NCBI GenBank assembly: GCA_045837725.1
Contig: JBEWZL010000257.1
Location: 186,001-250,000 of the forward strand
Source of the DNA: Vermamoeba vermiformis
Taxonomy: Eukaryota
DNA length: 64,000 nucleotides
Reading direction: 5' to 3'
Both the position numbers and the translations under genes were made by a program. The notes below the pieces were generated by a model. The model saw only the letters and a list, made by a program, of their open reading frames with translations, was not told where the DNA came from and ran no database searches. Shown here piece after piece: positions 30,324-45,177 of this stretch; the first letter of the stretch is position 1; each line of letters starts with the position of its first letter.

Positions 30324-30538
30324 CCGATGCGATCTGTTTCGCGATCCAACTAAAAAATTATTGCTGGCGGGATTGATGCTAAAATAATGTAGCTACGCAA
30401 GGGGTATTATAAGTGCTGCTGTTTGTGTTTGTTCAGCGGCACGACAAATGCTGAATGACGATTGCCGCTCTTTTTTTATTCTGCTGATCGAACAACAACG
30501 CAACTGATCCGTGTCCACAACGTTGTAGCTAATAGCAG

Positions 30539-33500
30539 ATGGATGAATCACAGTCGCAGAGTTTCAAAGACATTTGGCACGAGATCTATTCCTTCATCCA
30601 TTATGCTCACTATGGCACGCCCAGAAAATTGCAAATAATTCTGCGGCAAAACAAAGGAAAATTTTTGAGTTTATTGAAGAACAATGTACGTATAGTAGCG
30701 GCTCAATATGGCCCTTGCTAATTAATTTAAAAAAATTAACACTTTTTCTGCAGCCGAAAGATCCTGAAGAACGCAAGAAGGTCGAATCAGGAGAGATAAT
30801 ATTGCACGGTGTCAGACGACGATTGTCCGCAGAGTTCATTAAACAAGTAATGCAGTCTCGTTAACGTGGTTGGATCGCAGCTAGCATTACTAACACGGCC
30901 TTTGTTATTATTCAGGTGATAGCACTGAGTGACGGACTGAATTTGAATGAATTCGATTGCGTGGATTTGTTGTGGAGAGCTTTTCAACAGGTACACTGCG
31001 GTTCAGTTCCTGTGATGACCACTGATATTTAATTTCCTAATTTAGCAATCCAAATATCTCGGACTGGATCCGAAAGACATTGCAGAGCTGTTGTATTTCC
31101 AAGAGCGCAGCTATTTGATCAACTCGATTACACTGCTGATCAAGGTCAGTGCGCATTACCAAATATAGTAACTGTCACTCACCACGCAGCAGGCGCGCAA
31201 TGACTCGACACTGCAGGACAAGGCCGATCTGATCGTGCAATTCAGCAACGAACTGCTGGTGGACGGACTGGCCAGCAACATCTTGAAGCTGCTGCAGGAC
31301 GACAAAGATCTCAGCAAGCTGCCCGAGTCACAGCGCATGCACCGCGTCAAAGAGCGCAAGAGTCTGTGCGAGCTGTTGTTCTACATCTACTACGTGACCA
31401 CCATCACTGGCGACGAATTGACACGTGTCACTGCTGTCACGCGCGAGTACTCGCAGCTGATCAAGAGTGCCCCAGCAGACACGCCCCTGTATCAGATCGG
31501 TTACATATTGACGACCACCATCATCTCCGCACTCGACACCTCGTACGAGCTCGTGGATCCGCGCACTGGCCTCAAGACTGGCAATCACCTCGCTGATCAG
31601 GCTGACTTTGTGCGCAAATTTGCAGAGCTCTTGAATGGCGAGTGGGCATTCAGTAAGTGTCAGAACCAAATATAGTAATATCATACTGACGGGAAATTCA
31701 GCGGGATTTCAGAGCGTGTTGTTGCTGGCCTGGAGCATCTTCTTGCTGAGCAGCGGACACGAGACTGATGAGCGCGTGGAGAGCACGTGCAACAAGGCCA
31801 TCTCTCTGGTACGTGCTGCTATTTTTAGGCACCAATCCGAGAGTGATTAATTTTCATTTGCAGAATTTCTCCGTTGCCCTGCGCCAAGTGATCGAACAGA
31901 CGAGTTTCAAGACCGATGCGGAGAATTACGATCTATTTATAGGCGTGTACGACGATCTGATCGTCAATTTCCTCACAAAGATGTCACCCAAAGTGCGCGA
32001 CATGAAGAACGACGAGGAGGAACAGTACCGCGCGCTCGAGACCTATGCGCAGTACGGCATTGGTACCAAGCCTGGTGTGTAGCACTCCATTTGACACCTG
32101 TCACATGTCATTAACACCTGTTTAGAACCGCCCAAGCACAACTTTGAGAATCTCATGCTGTTGATTGCGGCACTATATAAGGTAAGTGGCATGCAATGAG
32201 ACTTGCAGGTTAGCGTTTGACACCTGTCACAGAATCAACCAGCCCTGGCACTCAAATACTGGACGGGACAAGGAGCGCATCAACGATTGCAACAATTTAT
32301 CCGCTTTGCAGGTGACATCGTGATGGAGTACTTCTTCGTGCCGTACATTCGCATGTTGACGGCACTCGCTTCGGGACCGGAGTGCGCCCTATTTGTAAGT
32401 GTTGCGCCAGGCCACGGAAACAGTTCACTGAACAATATTTGCAGACCTTTGAATTCGTGAACAACAACGGCAGCAAATACATCTCGTGGAACAATTTTTT
32501 CACGGTGCTGGCAAGATATTACGAAGATTTCCAAGAACAACAGCCCGAACAGAGTCAGAACTATCGACCAGGGCCCAAGATACCCAAGGCCATCAAGCCG
32601 GAGGATGTCGTTGCCCTCGAGGCCATTCTCGATCTCATGGCTGCCGTGCTGCGCGAGTCCGAAGAAGTGCGCGGCAAGATGCAAGAGAACAGCAGCTGGC
32701 ACGCGGTGGAGATGTTCTTTGGACTGCTCGGCTGTCCCGTGCCACCCTCGCTCAAAGCCAAACTCGCGCATGCTCTCGCTCAGTTCGCCAAGTCTCCTGG
32801 CCTGGTCAACAAGGTAAGCTGCAAAGATCTCACGTGTGTCATCCGTACTGATTCACATTTGCAGATCTGGTCGCTGTTGGAGGCCAGTCAAGTGCTGCAA
32901 ACAGCGCCGCAGAACAAAGGAGTGCGCGAGGGCGGCATCAAATTCGAGCTGAGTGAGATCGAGTCGCCGAATGAGGAGTACCCGTTTGTCGCGGCATTCA
33001 TGGAGCTCATTCGACAACTGCTGCACTACCTCTACGTGCCGGGGGACTTGGGACTGCCGCATCGCGTGCCTGGCATTTGGCCATTCATCGACTTCATTCG
33101 CGACGAGGTCTTCTTGCGGTAAGTCACGTGACTCATGTGCGTGCCAGCTCACGCGCTATTTTTAGCTTCAACAATCGCGGCTACAAGCACCCCACCGAGA
33201 AGTGGAAGATTGCGCGCCAATGTTTGGACATCTTCTACACCCTGCTAGAACAGTACTCGCCGCTGCCTGAAGACTTTGAGACCCGCGTGATTGAAGTGCA
33301 GGGCCGCACTTATCCCGCGCAGAAGTCAGTCGGCTACGAACTGATGCAAAGCTTGTTGAAGCAGTCAGCGCTGCTCAAGAAGATCATGTACATCATCTCT
33401 TACGGCGTAAGTAGCGATCAGTCACGTGGTGTGCGGTCACTGACACGTGTCATTTGCAGATCAAGAACTTTGATGAAGAGCGCGTGAAGGGCGATGACAA

Positions 33501-36500
33501 CCAATTCGAATCATCTTTGCAGCTATGTTTGCAGATTGTACAGCTGGTGCTCGAGAAGCAAGGCGAGTTCCTGTATCTGAACCAGTCCGCTGCCTCGCCT
33601 GTCGTGCTCACGCCCCTCGACCAAGCACTGCTGCTCGATCGCTCGCTGATTGTGCACATCGCGCAGTTCATTCACTATCCCTACAACAGCGAGATCAATC
33701 TGCTCTCCGTGCGCATTGTGCACCTGCTCAGTCTGCGCCAAGAGAAGCACAACAAGCTGGTCGGAGTGCTGCACGAGGCCGGTCAACAAAAGTCCATGAT
33801 AGCTGGCTATGTCGAACAGCTCGAGACCGAAGAGGAGTATCAGAGCGAGGGTGCGGCTGATGCGATGGACACGGAGAGTGAGGGCACAGAGCTCGCGCCC
33901 CTCGATGCACACCACGACGAGAGTGCGCGATCAGTGCGCATGGCCATCCTCGATCTGATGGCGAGTGAGGTGCACAAGCCCTGGCCCAATCTGGTGCACT
34001 TCTTGCTCGGCTACGACATTCAACTGCCCATCCGTGCGGGATATCAGCCCGATCCGACCGATCAGCACCGCACTCTGCGAACGTGTCTGCACGCCATTGT
34101 CGATCTGTTCCACGACCCTGAATTCACCACGCACCACCCACAACTCGCTGAGCGGTGCATGCACTTGTTGTACGCCATGGCGCGTGACAGCACACTGATG
34201 CCCATGCTGATGCGCTATCTCAAGAGTCCCAGCACGGACTTCTTGCGCCGTCAACTGCACGCCCTCGATCGCGAGCTGAGTGCACCACAACGCGTGGCAC
34301 AGCTGCACTACCGCGCTTGGCTGCTCAAGACTGTGGCCCTGGAGCTGCACACCACGGCCACGAGTGAACAGCGCACTTCGAATGCGGCACTGCTGGCACT
34401 GCTGTTCGGCAACACGGTGCCGGAAGCTGGAGGTAAGTGGCCGAGTGCCAGTCCATGATCAGTGCACTGACTGCTGACAGATGAACACGTGGACGAGCTG
34501 GACGACTATCACATGCTGCCCCAAGCACGCATGAAGATGCGCGAGTTGTTGGACGGTAAGTAGCACCCTGCACTCGCGCCCTGCCACTGACACCTTGCCA
34601 GTGCTGGACAATGCCCCCAGCGATCCCGAGCCCCTGCAGAGTCCACTGCTGCACAAGATCCGACTCGACGAGTGCACGCAGATCGATGAGCGCGGATTCC
34701 CGCACATTGACATTGAACTGCTGCACGCGGCACTCAACGACGCACACCTCGCCAAGCCACAGCACGATGAGCTCGCTGTGACGCAGCCCAATGCGCAGAG
34801 TGCACTGCGACGCGAGATAGTGGCACTGCTCAAGTGTGCCATCGCGTGGAATGAGGTCTATGCCATATATGGTGCGATGTATCACATGTTCGAGGCGTGG
34901 CGTCAGATCCTGGAAATTTCACTGAACGAGTGCTACGAACAACTGCGCGGCGAGACAGTGGTGTACGAGATGATACAAGTGCTGTTGGCACTGCTCACTG
35001 CGGAGAGAACGCGCACGGAACTCGCCACGGCTGCGAGTCAGTCCTTGGTGGCACTGGTCGCCAAGCTGCGCGTCTCCTTCCTCAGCTACACGGTCAATCT
35101 CGCGGGGGATGCGAGCTTCAATCCCGAGAACTACTTGCCCGTGGAACAGCTGCACACCATGCTGCGCGGCATTGTCACCGCACTACTGCGCAGCGAGTCC
35201 ACGCCAGCAATGCGCGGCAATCTCTACACGGTGCTGCTCAACTACCTGCAGTTCACGCACACCCCTGCCCTCTCGCTGCACACGCACATTCAGCACCAGG
35301 ACAAGCTGGTACGTATCACCTATATATATATATCTGTTAGTCCGTACTCATCGCAGTGCAGTGGGTGGCAGAAGAGATCGAGTCGCAGCACAAGCGACTG
35401 ATGCAAGGCAACATGCGCATCTTGGACGAGCTGGCAGGCGACAAGTTGATTGAAGTGCTCGCCAAGGACGCGTCAGACTCCTCGCCGCTCTGGCGCTCAG
35501 TGGCATTCTCCACCCTCGATCTGCTCGTGCACTACGACGCACAGCACAAGTGGCTCAACTACCTCACGCACCGCGGCTACTTGCGCCAATTCCTCGAAGA
35601 CATTGTGCGCCAAGACGAGGCACTGCTCTCGCTGCTCACCACCAGTCCCGAGTCCCTCACGCTGCTCTACGTGTTCGAGTCCAAGCTCTCGCTGCTCATT
35701 CGCATCGCTCAGACTGCGCGCGGTGCCTCGTACTTGTTGGAGAATGGTGTCGTGCGCGTGCTGTCACAGGCCAGCTTCATCGATCAGCGACCCGAAGAGT
35801 CCATGGTGGACATCAACACGAGCTCCTGGCTGCCCACCGTGATGGACCGCTACGAACAGCTGCTGTTGCCCGTGCTGCGCCTGTTTGTGGCCCTGTTGAC
35901 TGCCCTGCCGCACCACACCGATGCAGCCTCGCAAGTGCTCGATCTCATCACGCAGCACAGCGAACTGTTCTCAGCCGTGCTCAAGGACCGTGCTCCAGTG
36001 ATCACACTCGTGTCCCTCAACGAACTCGCCCTCACCACGCAGCTGTTCTATCTCCTCGCACACCACGATGCACTGCTCTATGACAAGGTAAGTCCGCTCC
36101 TCGATGCTGATTGTGCACGCCACTGACGAGTGCTGCAGCTGGACACGCGCTGGGTCAAGTATCAGAATCAGATGCTCAATCTGCTCTCCAAGTACAGCAT
36201 CCGAGAGCGCTGGAGCAGCAAGATCCGCACTCCGTCCTCGAGTCTCGCGACACCGCTCACCGCGCAACAGGACAAGCACAAGCACAAGCTGCTGCTCGCA
36301 CGTGAACGCGAACAAGTGGAAGCACTGGTGCGCACTGTCACGGGCAATGTGGTGGCATTCTTACGCGTCATCACCGATCCTCCGCGCGGTACGTAGCTGA
36401 CACGTGATATTCATGACACGATGACAGGTGTTGACATGTTGACAGTTGGTGGCACTCGCAGCGCCAAGATCGTGTTCACGCCGAGTCTCGAGCTCGACTT

Positions 36501-37178
36501 CCCCTCCATGGCCACGAGCACGCGCGTCACCTATCGCTTGCCCTCGCTGGGCACGCTGATTGTCTTCTTGAAGGCCGCACTCGATCAGCTTGCAGCAGTG
36601 AGCACCGAACTCAAAGAGAGCTCGCGACAACTGCACGCTGGTGCCACGCCACTGCTGTCCCTCGAAGCACGCTACATCGGCCTGCACGAACAAGACGAGT
36701 CGCGCTTGGATCCGCAACAGCGCGAGTTACTGCAACAACGGCGCGCGAGTCAGTTTGTGCACGAACAGAAGCGTGCTCAGCGCGAGTTGTACTACATTGC
36801 CGAGAACACGCTGCTGCTGCTGTGGCGCCACTTGGACTACTTCATCAGCGCGGCACCGCTGTACGACGAGACGATGGAGTTGATGGATCTGAACACGGGG
36901 CAGCAAGAGGAGCGCAAGAAGCACAGCAGCACGAACAGACTCGAACAGCAGATGAAGTTGAGTCGTGAGCAGCGCGCCCATCTGATCAAAGAGACGGTCA
37001 ATGTACTGGATCAGGATCAGCACCGCACCCTCGATCGATTCAGCAAACTGTTCAGCGTATGTAGCATATAACCCTTAATATTGACCCCCACTAACGCGTC
37101 TTCTATTTACAGCCGAATGAAGTCAATTTTGTTACTGTGTTAATTAGACGCATCCGCGAGCTGTTGTCTGCGAGTTAA
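30539..37178 (+). CDS. NUP205: Nucleoporin Nup205/Nup192, many exons
   Basis: LSDGLNLNEFDCV, LYFQERSYL, GLLGCPVPPSLKAKL...FAK, IWSLLEASQ, ELSEIESPNEEYP, RGYKHPTEKW, PNLVHFLLG, RTCLHAI, RGNLYTVLLNYL; ~6.6 kb all-helical gene. Confidence 0.92.
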
Positions 37179-37250
37179 ATAGCGCTGTACAATGACCAAA
37201 TAAACCAATACTTTGTGAATAAATACTATTTACACGTATACTACAAGCTA

Positions 37251-40200
37251 TTACAGGTTGATGTCTGCCTCCACAAGCAACATCTCAGCGCGGCGTTCGA
37301 GTCGAGTGCAGATCTGCTCAAACGAGGGTCGCTCAGCTGGATTCTGTCGCAAGCAGTCCTTAATCAACAGCTGCATGCTCGTGTCCCACTCTGAGTCGAT
37401 TGGTGGCACGAGTCCCTTGTCGCGAATCTTGAATGCGACGGACATGGGATCGATATTCAAGTGCGGCTCTTGGCGGCTCATAATCTGCAAGCACTGATTA
37501 GCTACTAGCGACTTCAAAGGATAATTGGATATAGGCAGCACTCACCTCCCACATGACGATACCAAACGACCACACATCAGTAGCCTCGCTGTAGAACTTG
37601 TCGTCGCGCAGTGATTCAGGAGCCATCCAGCGCACGGGACCCAGATCTGACTTGGTCGTGCCTTGACGCGTGTCATCGACCAATCGCGACAGGCCAAAGT
37701 CCGAGATCTTGGGCTGACCACCTGACAGCTGTCAAACGGGTCAGTGTCACGCACAACGGACCAATCAGCGCACTACGTACCAAAATGTTGCGTGCAGCGA
37801 GATCGCGGTGAATGATGTTGTTCTTGTGCAAGTGCAGCATGCCTCGTGCAATGCCCGAGATGAGATCGAGCTGCACGGACAGCGAGGGCTTGAAGTGCGC
37901 GTCTTGCACGAACTTGTCCACACTGCCGCCCTCGCAGTACTCGAGCACCAGCACGGGATAGGGCCCGTCAATGCTCACACCGAGCAGTCGCAGCACATTG
38001 GGGTGGGGACGCAATTCACTGAATGATGCAAAGATCAGTTTGTGACACGTGTCATTTGCAGATGTCAAACTTACACCATCAGACGCGCCTCTTTCAAGAA
38101 GTCTTCACTCGTGCCAACGGTGCTGATCTTGAGTGCCACTTGCGTCTGTTGCCACTCGCCTTCATAGACTTTGCCGTAATCTCCCGAGCCAATCTCGCGA
38201 CTGAATTTGAGTTCTTTGTACGGGATGGTGAAATTGTGCTGCACCACTGAAGCGACGTTCGGTGTGCTGGGAATGGTCGTGTATTTAGTGGGCACTTCAC
38301 TCGAGGGCTGTTGTTGAAAGGTCAGTTCCGGTCTTATTAACTAAGCACTGCTGTACCTCTGAAGTGGCCTTGCTAGCATCACTCGCGTCTGCCACCTTTG
38401 TGCGCTTTCTACGTCTTCTGCGCAGGAACAGCACTAAAAATAGAATCAAACCAGCAGCGACAACAGCAGCGATGATTGGCACGACAATGTACAGCACGAC
38501 ATTGAAGTCATTTTGCGGCGTGACCACTTGCTCGCCTGACCCTGTGTCGGGGCTGTTGACGGGCGACGGAACTGTGAGAGGAGGCTCAACGATGATGTCC
38601 GAGGAGATGGGGGGCTCGCCAGGCAGTACGGCAATGGGTGTGTCAGGTGTCGGGACCACGCAGTCACCACCTGAGGGGACATAGCCCTGCGCGCAATAGC
38701 AATTGATTGTCGTGTTGCCAGCGACCACTGCGGCCCATTGAGGACCCACAGGACAGGTGCAATTGTTGCTGCAGCCATAGCCGCTGTCGCACTCCTCGTC
38801 CGCATCTCTGTAGCCGTCACCGCAGTGTCGCAGCCACAAAAATGCACCAGTGACACGTGTCGCTGAGTTGGTGGTGGCCTCCCAATTGATATTGACACGC
38901 CAGGGACTAGCAGCGGAGATGTAGGCCTTGCTGACTTGCACATTGGTGTCATTGGCGAGCACTTGTGGTACACTCAGTTGCGTGCCTGATAGAAGTTAGC
39001 TCTAGTCCAGTACTACTACTACATGGCAGCGCCGTACCGAGTGCATCGCGTTGTTGCGCGTAGAGGACAGAGCCGTCGGTCCACGTCACAATCAGATTGC
39101 CACTGCCCATGGGTGGCGTGGTCGTGGAAAAAGAGGCTGACTGGCTGCTCGTCACGACCCACTTCGCCGAGAGTGGCACAGTGCCGTTGAATGCACGTGC
39201 CCAGAGACCAGTTGAGCTCTGCGCAGTGACAATCCAACTCGCGCCACCCAGTGCGACAGTGTTGTGAATGACATTGCTGGCTGCATCGAGTGCCACGAAC
39301 TCATTGGAGAGCGGCGTAATGGCACCGCCACTGCACAATCTGATCAGTACGTGTCAACATGTCACAAGTGTCAAATCTCTCTCACCTGAATTGAAGTAGT
39401 CTCGCATTAATACGACCATTGTAGTACCATGTTGAAATAAATTGACCGTTGTCCAGCGCTGCAATGCGTGGTTTGAATGAGATCGCGTTGTTGGTCACTG
39501 CAAAGGCGTCACTTGCAGCACTGCCATCAGGGTTGAATACGCGCACTCGCACGTCAAATTGATTCAGCAGCACGAGCACGCCGAGCAGATCCAACAGCTG
39601 TGGATTGTGTTCCCACGACACGACAAAGTGCCCCGTGCTGAGTGCGGCAACATCAGCGTAGCGCATGTCAGCACTGGTGCTCAACACTTTGACGTCCTCC
39701 GCGATCACTTGATCGTTTGTGTACATCACAATGGTGAAGCGCACTTCGTAGATGACGGACAGGAAGATGTCGTCCTCTGCGTACACGAGCACCAATCTGT
39801 CGCTCAGTGCTGCTACAGCAGGGTACTCAGTGTTGCGTTGTTGTGAACCAAAGTTGACGACAATGTTCTCGAGCGAGGTGGAGTTGAAGAGAGAATAGGC
39901 GATTTGATAATTACCCCCATTGTTGTTGTCGTTCCACACCACCGCTGTCAAACCATTCGCGGAGTGCGACTGCGGCGAGAGTTGTGTTGACACTGCTGGA
40001 TTGGCGGCATAAGTGTGCTCTGGTCGCAAGAACTCTGCCCCTATAATATTGTGGTCAATAATATCGCTTAATTAATTAAGAAACAAAGAAGATTTTTTGT
40101 ACATGTCTCGGATGTCACGCTTAATTTATGTGAGACGATATACTGATAGAAAGGCACAATGTATACTGATATCTAATGCTTATGGAGACTATCATATATC

Positions 40201-40460
40201 ATTTGGTGTTCTATTTTAGTGCCGAACAAGAAATTCTTCCGATCGGAGTTGGATTTGATCGAGTTTTTAACTTTAATGGCAGTATTGGTTGGTGATTAGG
40301 CTTCTATAGCAAATAATAGCAGTATAAAATATAATAATGCCCGTAAAAATTGTAATAAATAAGTTTGAGGGTAAATGTTCAGTTAGATGTACTCTGTCTG
40401 TGGTTACTTACGCGAATAGAGGGTCAAAGATAAGAAACACACGACTAGCAGCCACCGCAT
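37251..40460 (-). CDS. Single-pass receptor kinase with tyrosine-kinase signatures
   Basis: Probable signal peptide [14 protein letters not shown] (5' exon structure uncertain); ectodomain; [28 protein letters not shown] then RRRRRKR; kinase [39 protein letters not shown]. Confidence 0.88.
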
Positions 40461-40963
40461 TGGATGGGTGTATTCGTTGCGAGACTAGTGGTGGTGTTGT
40501 GTAGTATTCAACGTGTGAAAATAAACTAAATTTCTTAACGCGTGTCACCTTTCCTTAATCTGATGACAGTCCTATTTAGGACAATATATCAGCAATCTAT
40601 TACAATCAACTAGATTCACTCTCTCCAACCACATATGCAGCTGAGATGATCTTAAGGGCGCTAGGATCGTTCATGGCAGTACCCTGGATTCTCGGATCCA
40701 ATTCACTTCGCTGATTCCACTCTGCTGAGAATAGATCAACAAGTAATGAGTTCGCATCGATTATAATATCTCCATGTATATATATCATCGCGATGTTCAT
40801 TAATTTGACGACCAATGAAATTTTACGTCAATTTACGCGAGCAAATTCATTCTATCAACACTGTTGTAAATAGCACTATACTTATTTATTACTGTACATT
40901 ACTAGCGCTATATTTGTATTTAATAGCATTGCATAAGACGACATGTCTACCCGGTAACGGTCA

Positions 40964-42949
40964 ATGGAACGCGATCTGAATAATTCGAACGGAGATATAT
41001 GTACGAGTAGCATATTATAATTAGCAATAATATGGGCAGTAATTGACCGATCTATTAACAGCTAAAAGCTCCGCGCCACTACAGCTGCCGGATTTAAGTT
41101 TTGAAGTGACAAAATTTCTCAACTCGTGGAAGAGATATACTCAACGCACTATAGTATTAACGGCGTATGTAATAATTTATTGTTGCGAATAATATGCGTA
41201 ATTTCAACGTGAAATTCGGGCATTAAATATTCAATAGAATTACGTTTCAAAATACCGGTCGTTAAATATACTCACAAATACAATTAATAGCAAAGGTATT
41301 CAAAACGTAAGGCGCAATGGTGAAGTTAGCTCGGTGCATCCGTACGATAAGATCAAGCGGATTGCTATGAAAGACGTAGAGACGTTTGTAATTAACTACG
41401 AGGACGGCAAGCACGATTATATATACTCGTCGCCAGTAAGTACATATTAGCAATGTTGTTAGCAAGTTGCAAGTAACGAACAACGCTACAGATCGGCATG
41501 CAAATAGTGCAAGAGATCAAGTCACGCACGAAGCTGCAGCAAGACAAGAAGAAGCTGCGCAGTACCAATGACTATTCTAAAGTGTTTCAAGAGAAGCTCG
41601 TGAGTACTGCATTGATTAGTGACTAGCATTCAGTGCTGATCGGTGCTGCAGATCGAAGAGGAGTGCAAAGACCAACAAGTCACCCACACTAGCAACAACA
41701 ACAATAATAATACTACGACTAAATACACCACTCACGAGGGGGCGGAGAACATACGTACTCGTGCTTCGACACGTGTGCGCAAAGCCCTCAAGTTGAGTGC
41801 GCTGCTCGGTGACAGCGAAGAACAGCGCATTGAACAGTACATCAGCAAGTGCGTCGTTGATACGCGTCACATTGATAGCATAGGCACCGATACTAACACG
41901 TGACTGTTGCAGAATTATCATGGACACCTCGACGTGTGAAGGCAAGGCCCTGGCACAGATGAACAGCGCGCACATCAGCGAGAACACCGCGACACTGCCG
42001 CTCAACATGCAACAGTTCTTGCTGTCACTGCGCGAGTCCATCATGCAGAACTATCTCGAACAGCTCAAGAAGCTCATGATTCAGACTGCGGAGGTGAGTG
42101 ACTTTGACACCTGTCACCGGTGACTAATCACGTGCCAGTCCAATGATCCGAGCAAGAATGCCGCGAACAGCACCTCCCTCGCGAGTGTGATCTGGTCGTC
42201 GCTCGAGAGACTCGTGCTCGTGCGGCTACACACGCGAATATGGCGCGCAATCAAGAGCACCACGCACGACACTGACGACTTGATTGCACGCAAAAAGAAT
42301 GCAATTCTGTGCGAGGGCTGTGCTAATCTGCTGAGCGATGTGCCGGTAAGTGTTTGACACCTGCATGAGCTCACTATTGACACGTGTCACAGGAAAAATT
42401 CCGCCACACCCAAGACTGGCAGGTGGCCATTGCAGATCTGAATGACGTGGACAAGAGCATTGAGCCCAGTCAAAAACTGACCGCCATTCTCGATGCCGCC
42501 AGAGCTATTTACGACTCAGTTCGACTGCGCTACGGTCACGTGATTCTCAGCGGCGATGACTTTCTGCCGGTAAGTGAAGTGACACCTGTCAAATCTGACA
42601 CTTGACTCACGTGACTTTGCAGATATTTATCTACGTGGTGGTGAACAGTGAGCTGCGCGATCTCGAGACTACAGCGAATTACATATGGAACTTGTCCGAG
42701 CCTGAGGCCCTTAGTGGCGAGGGTGGCTATTACTTGACGGTGTTCTGCTCCGCGATTGAGTTCATCAAGAACTTCGAGGCCTCATCGACGAGTACCTCCG
42801 TCACAGCCAGCACCACGAGCACACCGCGCATCAGTCAGCCGCCCTCACCGCGCGCAGTGCCGAGCATTGACTCGACCACGAGTGAGAGCTCGAGTATTTA
42901 TCAAGGGGCGATGAAAGATCTCACCGCGCATCTGAAGACACCGCTCTGA
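40964..42949 (+). CDS. VPS9-domain (Rab5-family GEF) protein with probable N-terminal PH-like domain; start uncertain
   Basis: PSQKLTAIL...LSGDDFLP / IFIYVVV...LSGEGGYYLTVFCSAIEFI (VPS9 motifs). 5' exons FEVTKFLNSWKRYTQRTIVLT / KGIQNVR look PH-like. Confidence 0.82.
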
Positions 42950-43092
42950 GTCCCCTCACGCCCTTGTATCGGACTCACTTGTATCATAGTAATTATCGTT
43001 TGTACAAACACGCGCAATTTTATTTCAACTGGTCAAAATAATTTGATTAATTTTATCAATAAGCATAATAATAACAAGCACAAAACAACGCC

Positions 43093-43718
43093 ATGAATCA
43101 AATAGACACTAGTATGTACCCACCACATATACAGAAGCTTTTCGAAAAGCAAAAACAGCAACGTGCAGCGGTGGAAGCAGATCGCATGACCATGCCCGTG
43201 AAAGAAGGGCCCAAGACCGCTCAATTGCGCGAATATTTGCATCGACGACTCGCAGTGGAGATATCTGACGGCAGACGATTCGAAGGACGATTTATGAGCT
43301 ACGACAAACAACAAAATATCGTACTCACTGAATGCATTGAAATTAGAAAGACTGTTCCTATTCCCAAACCACTAGGTAATTATAAGGCACATATTTCGCA
43401 TTTAATTCTTATTTTTTGAAATTATTAATCCAAATATTTTCTGTTGCAGAAGAGGATCTGTTGTCAAAAGACAAGAACAAACCAGAGGATGAAGCATTGA
43501 TGACTATAATTGAAGATAAAAAGCGAGGCATTAGTCGTCGCAATTTAATGGGCTGCGTGCTCATTCCTGGCAAACACATCCAAAAGGTCTATCTTGATCT
43601 CAATTCCAAAGATGATTTAACCTCACCCCAAGATATCAATACACCTAATAATACAACTTATGTCAATACAACGGATAATAAGCTGAATACTGCTTCTGAG
43701 ACAGCAGCCGCGAAATAA
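43093..43718 (+). CDS. LSm-domain protein, probably NatC auxiliary subunit NAA38/Mak31
   Basis: LHRRLAVEISDGRRFEGRFMSYDKQQNIVLTEC (Sm1) ... MGCVLIPGKHIQKV (Sm2). Confidence 0.8.
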
Positions 43719-44041
43719 ACCTGACCCAGGTTCCTTGAACTCGAGGCGTTTCCGTTTAAAATCTGTATTTAAGTTGGACGGATCTAGCTCGCGATGCTAC
43801 TTACATGGGGCTAACATAATACAAGTCAATTTTCATACTTACCCACTCCATGTTAAATATGCGTGCCGACGTCATTACCCGATCCATTTTCGTTTTTCGA
43901 CTTGTTTTTTATTTTTCAAATAACTGAACACGGCAAGTCAAACAACGCTAGATCATACTTGCCTTCATTCAACGTTATTTGATCTTAGCACTATTGACAA
44001 CCACCACTGCTGTATGAGAAGTTAGATTTACAAGTTTAATC

Positions 44042-45177
44042 ATGGATGCAACAAAAGTTGCTGAAACAAGCGATAATAATATGCGATATATTGCACATAT
44101 CGCAGGCATGGTGGCTGCATTGTGTTTCTTTGTTCAGTAAGTCCTTCATATTAACGGTTAATTTTTCAATATTTACAAAAAATCGGGAGAATTTATATCG
44201 CTTGATGATCATCAAACTTCAATATTATTACCATAGATATATGTTAAATAATATGCTTTTAGATATGTACCGCAAATGTGGTTAAACTATCAACGAAAAC
44301 ATGTCAAAGGGTTCAGCAAACTCGGCATTGTTATAAAACACGTTGGTGCGTCATTTCTCTGGGTGAACAGCATGATATTAGGCGGTACGTCATATACAAC
44401 CCGTTATACTATTCTTTGAGTATGCTCATACTTGGATCAGAGACCTTTTCAGTGATTAGCTACGGTCTGTTCAATGTGTTGCAGCACTCGACCTTCATGC
44501 TACAGTAAGCACACTATATATATGCCTCGTCTATTATCACCACCGCTCACCACACGCGCAGGTTCACACTGTACGGCGACACACCCGAGTCCAAGGGCAA
44601 TTCGAACTACTTGTTGTGGCTCATGTTCCCCCTCGTGCCTGCCATGCTCGGCATGCGCTATCCAAACACGATCAGTACGTTGCATTGAACTCGCATTGTA
44701 GCTGCGACTGACAGCTGTCTTTAGCACTCACCAACTCGTTCAAGCCCATTGCGCAGGTGTTGAGTCACTTGCCACAGCTCGCGGAGTGCATCAAATTGAA
44801 GACGACGATTGGCTGCTCGTTGATGTCGCAACACATCAATTTTGTTGGCGGGTTGTTGGGCCTGTTCAGTACGTCACTGTTGTGTACCCGTGGATGATAT
44901 ACCTATTAACCCTATTGTTCCCGCAGTGTGCTATTGGATTCCACCCGTCGCTAAAACTACCTACTTAATTTATTTATTCTCGACGCTGCAAGCTGTCTCG
45001 ATTTATTTCCTCGCATTTAAATACGGAGAACTCTTCAATCGCACTGGACCTGCCAAATTTAGTAAGTGCTCAATATAGTACTAACATGTGCCTTCGTACT
45101 GACCGCGTGTGGTAGAACAAGACGGTGACAGGGAACCAGGCAACAATGGTCTGGACCTCAAAGAAGTCAAAGTGTGA
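44042..45177 (+). CDS. PQ-loop repeat membrane transporter, multi-exon
   Basis: Spliced reading ...CFFVQ/YVPQMWLNYQRKHVKGFS... and LSHLPQLAECIKLKTTIGCS gives two PQ-loop repeats with hydrophobic helices. Confidence 0.8.

Noticed and set aside
40606-40815. 69-aa ORF between the receptor kinase and VPS9 genes
   Set aside because: Non-ATG start, AT-rich, no motif; most likely promoter DNA.
44042-45177. PQ-loop transporter as a member of the glyoxylate cluster
   Set aside because: Adjacent to MDH, but there is no targeting signal or substrate evidence linking it to the pathway.
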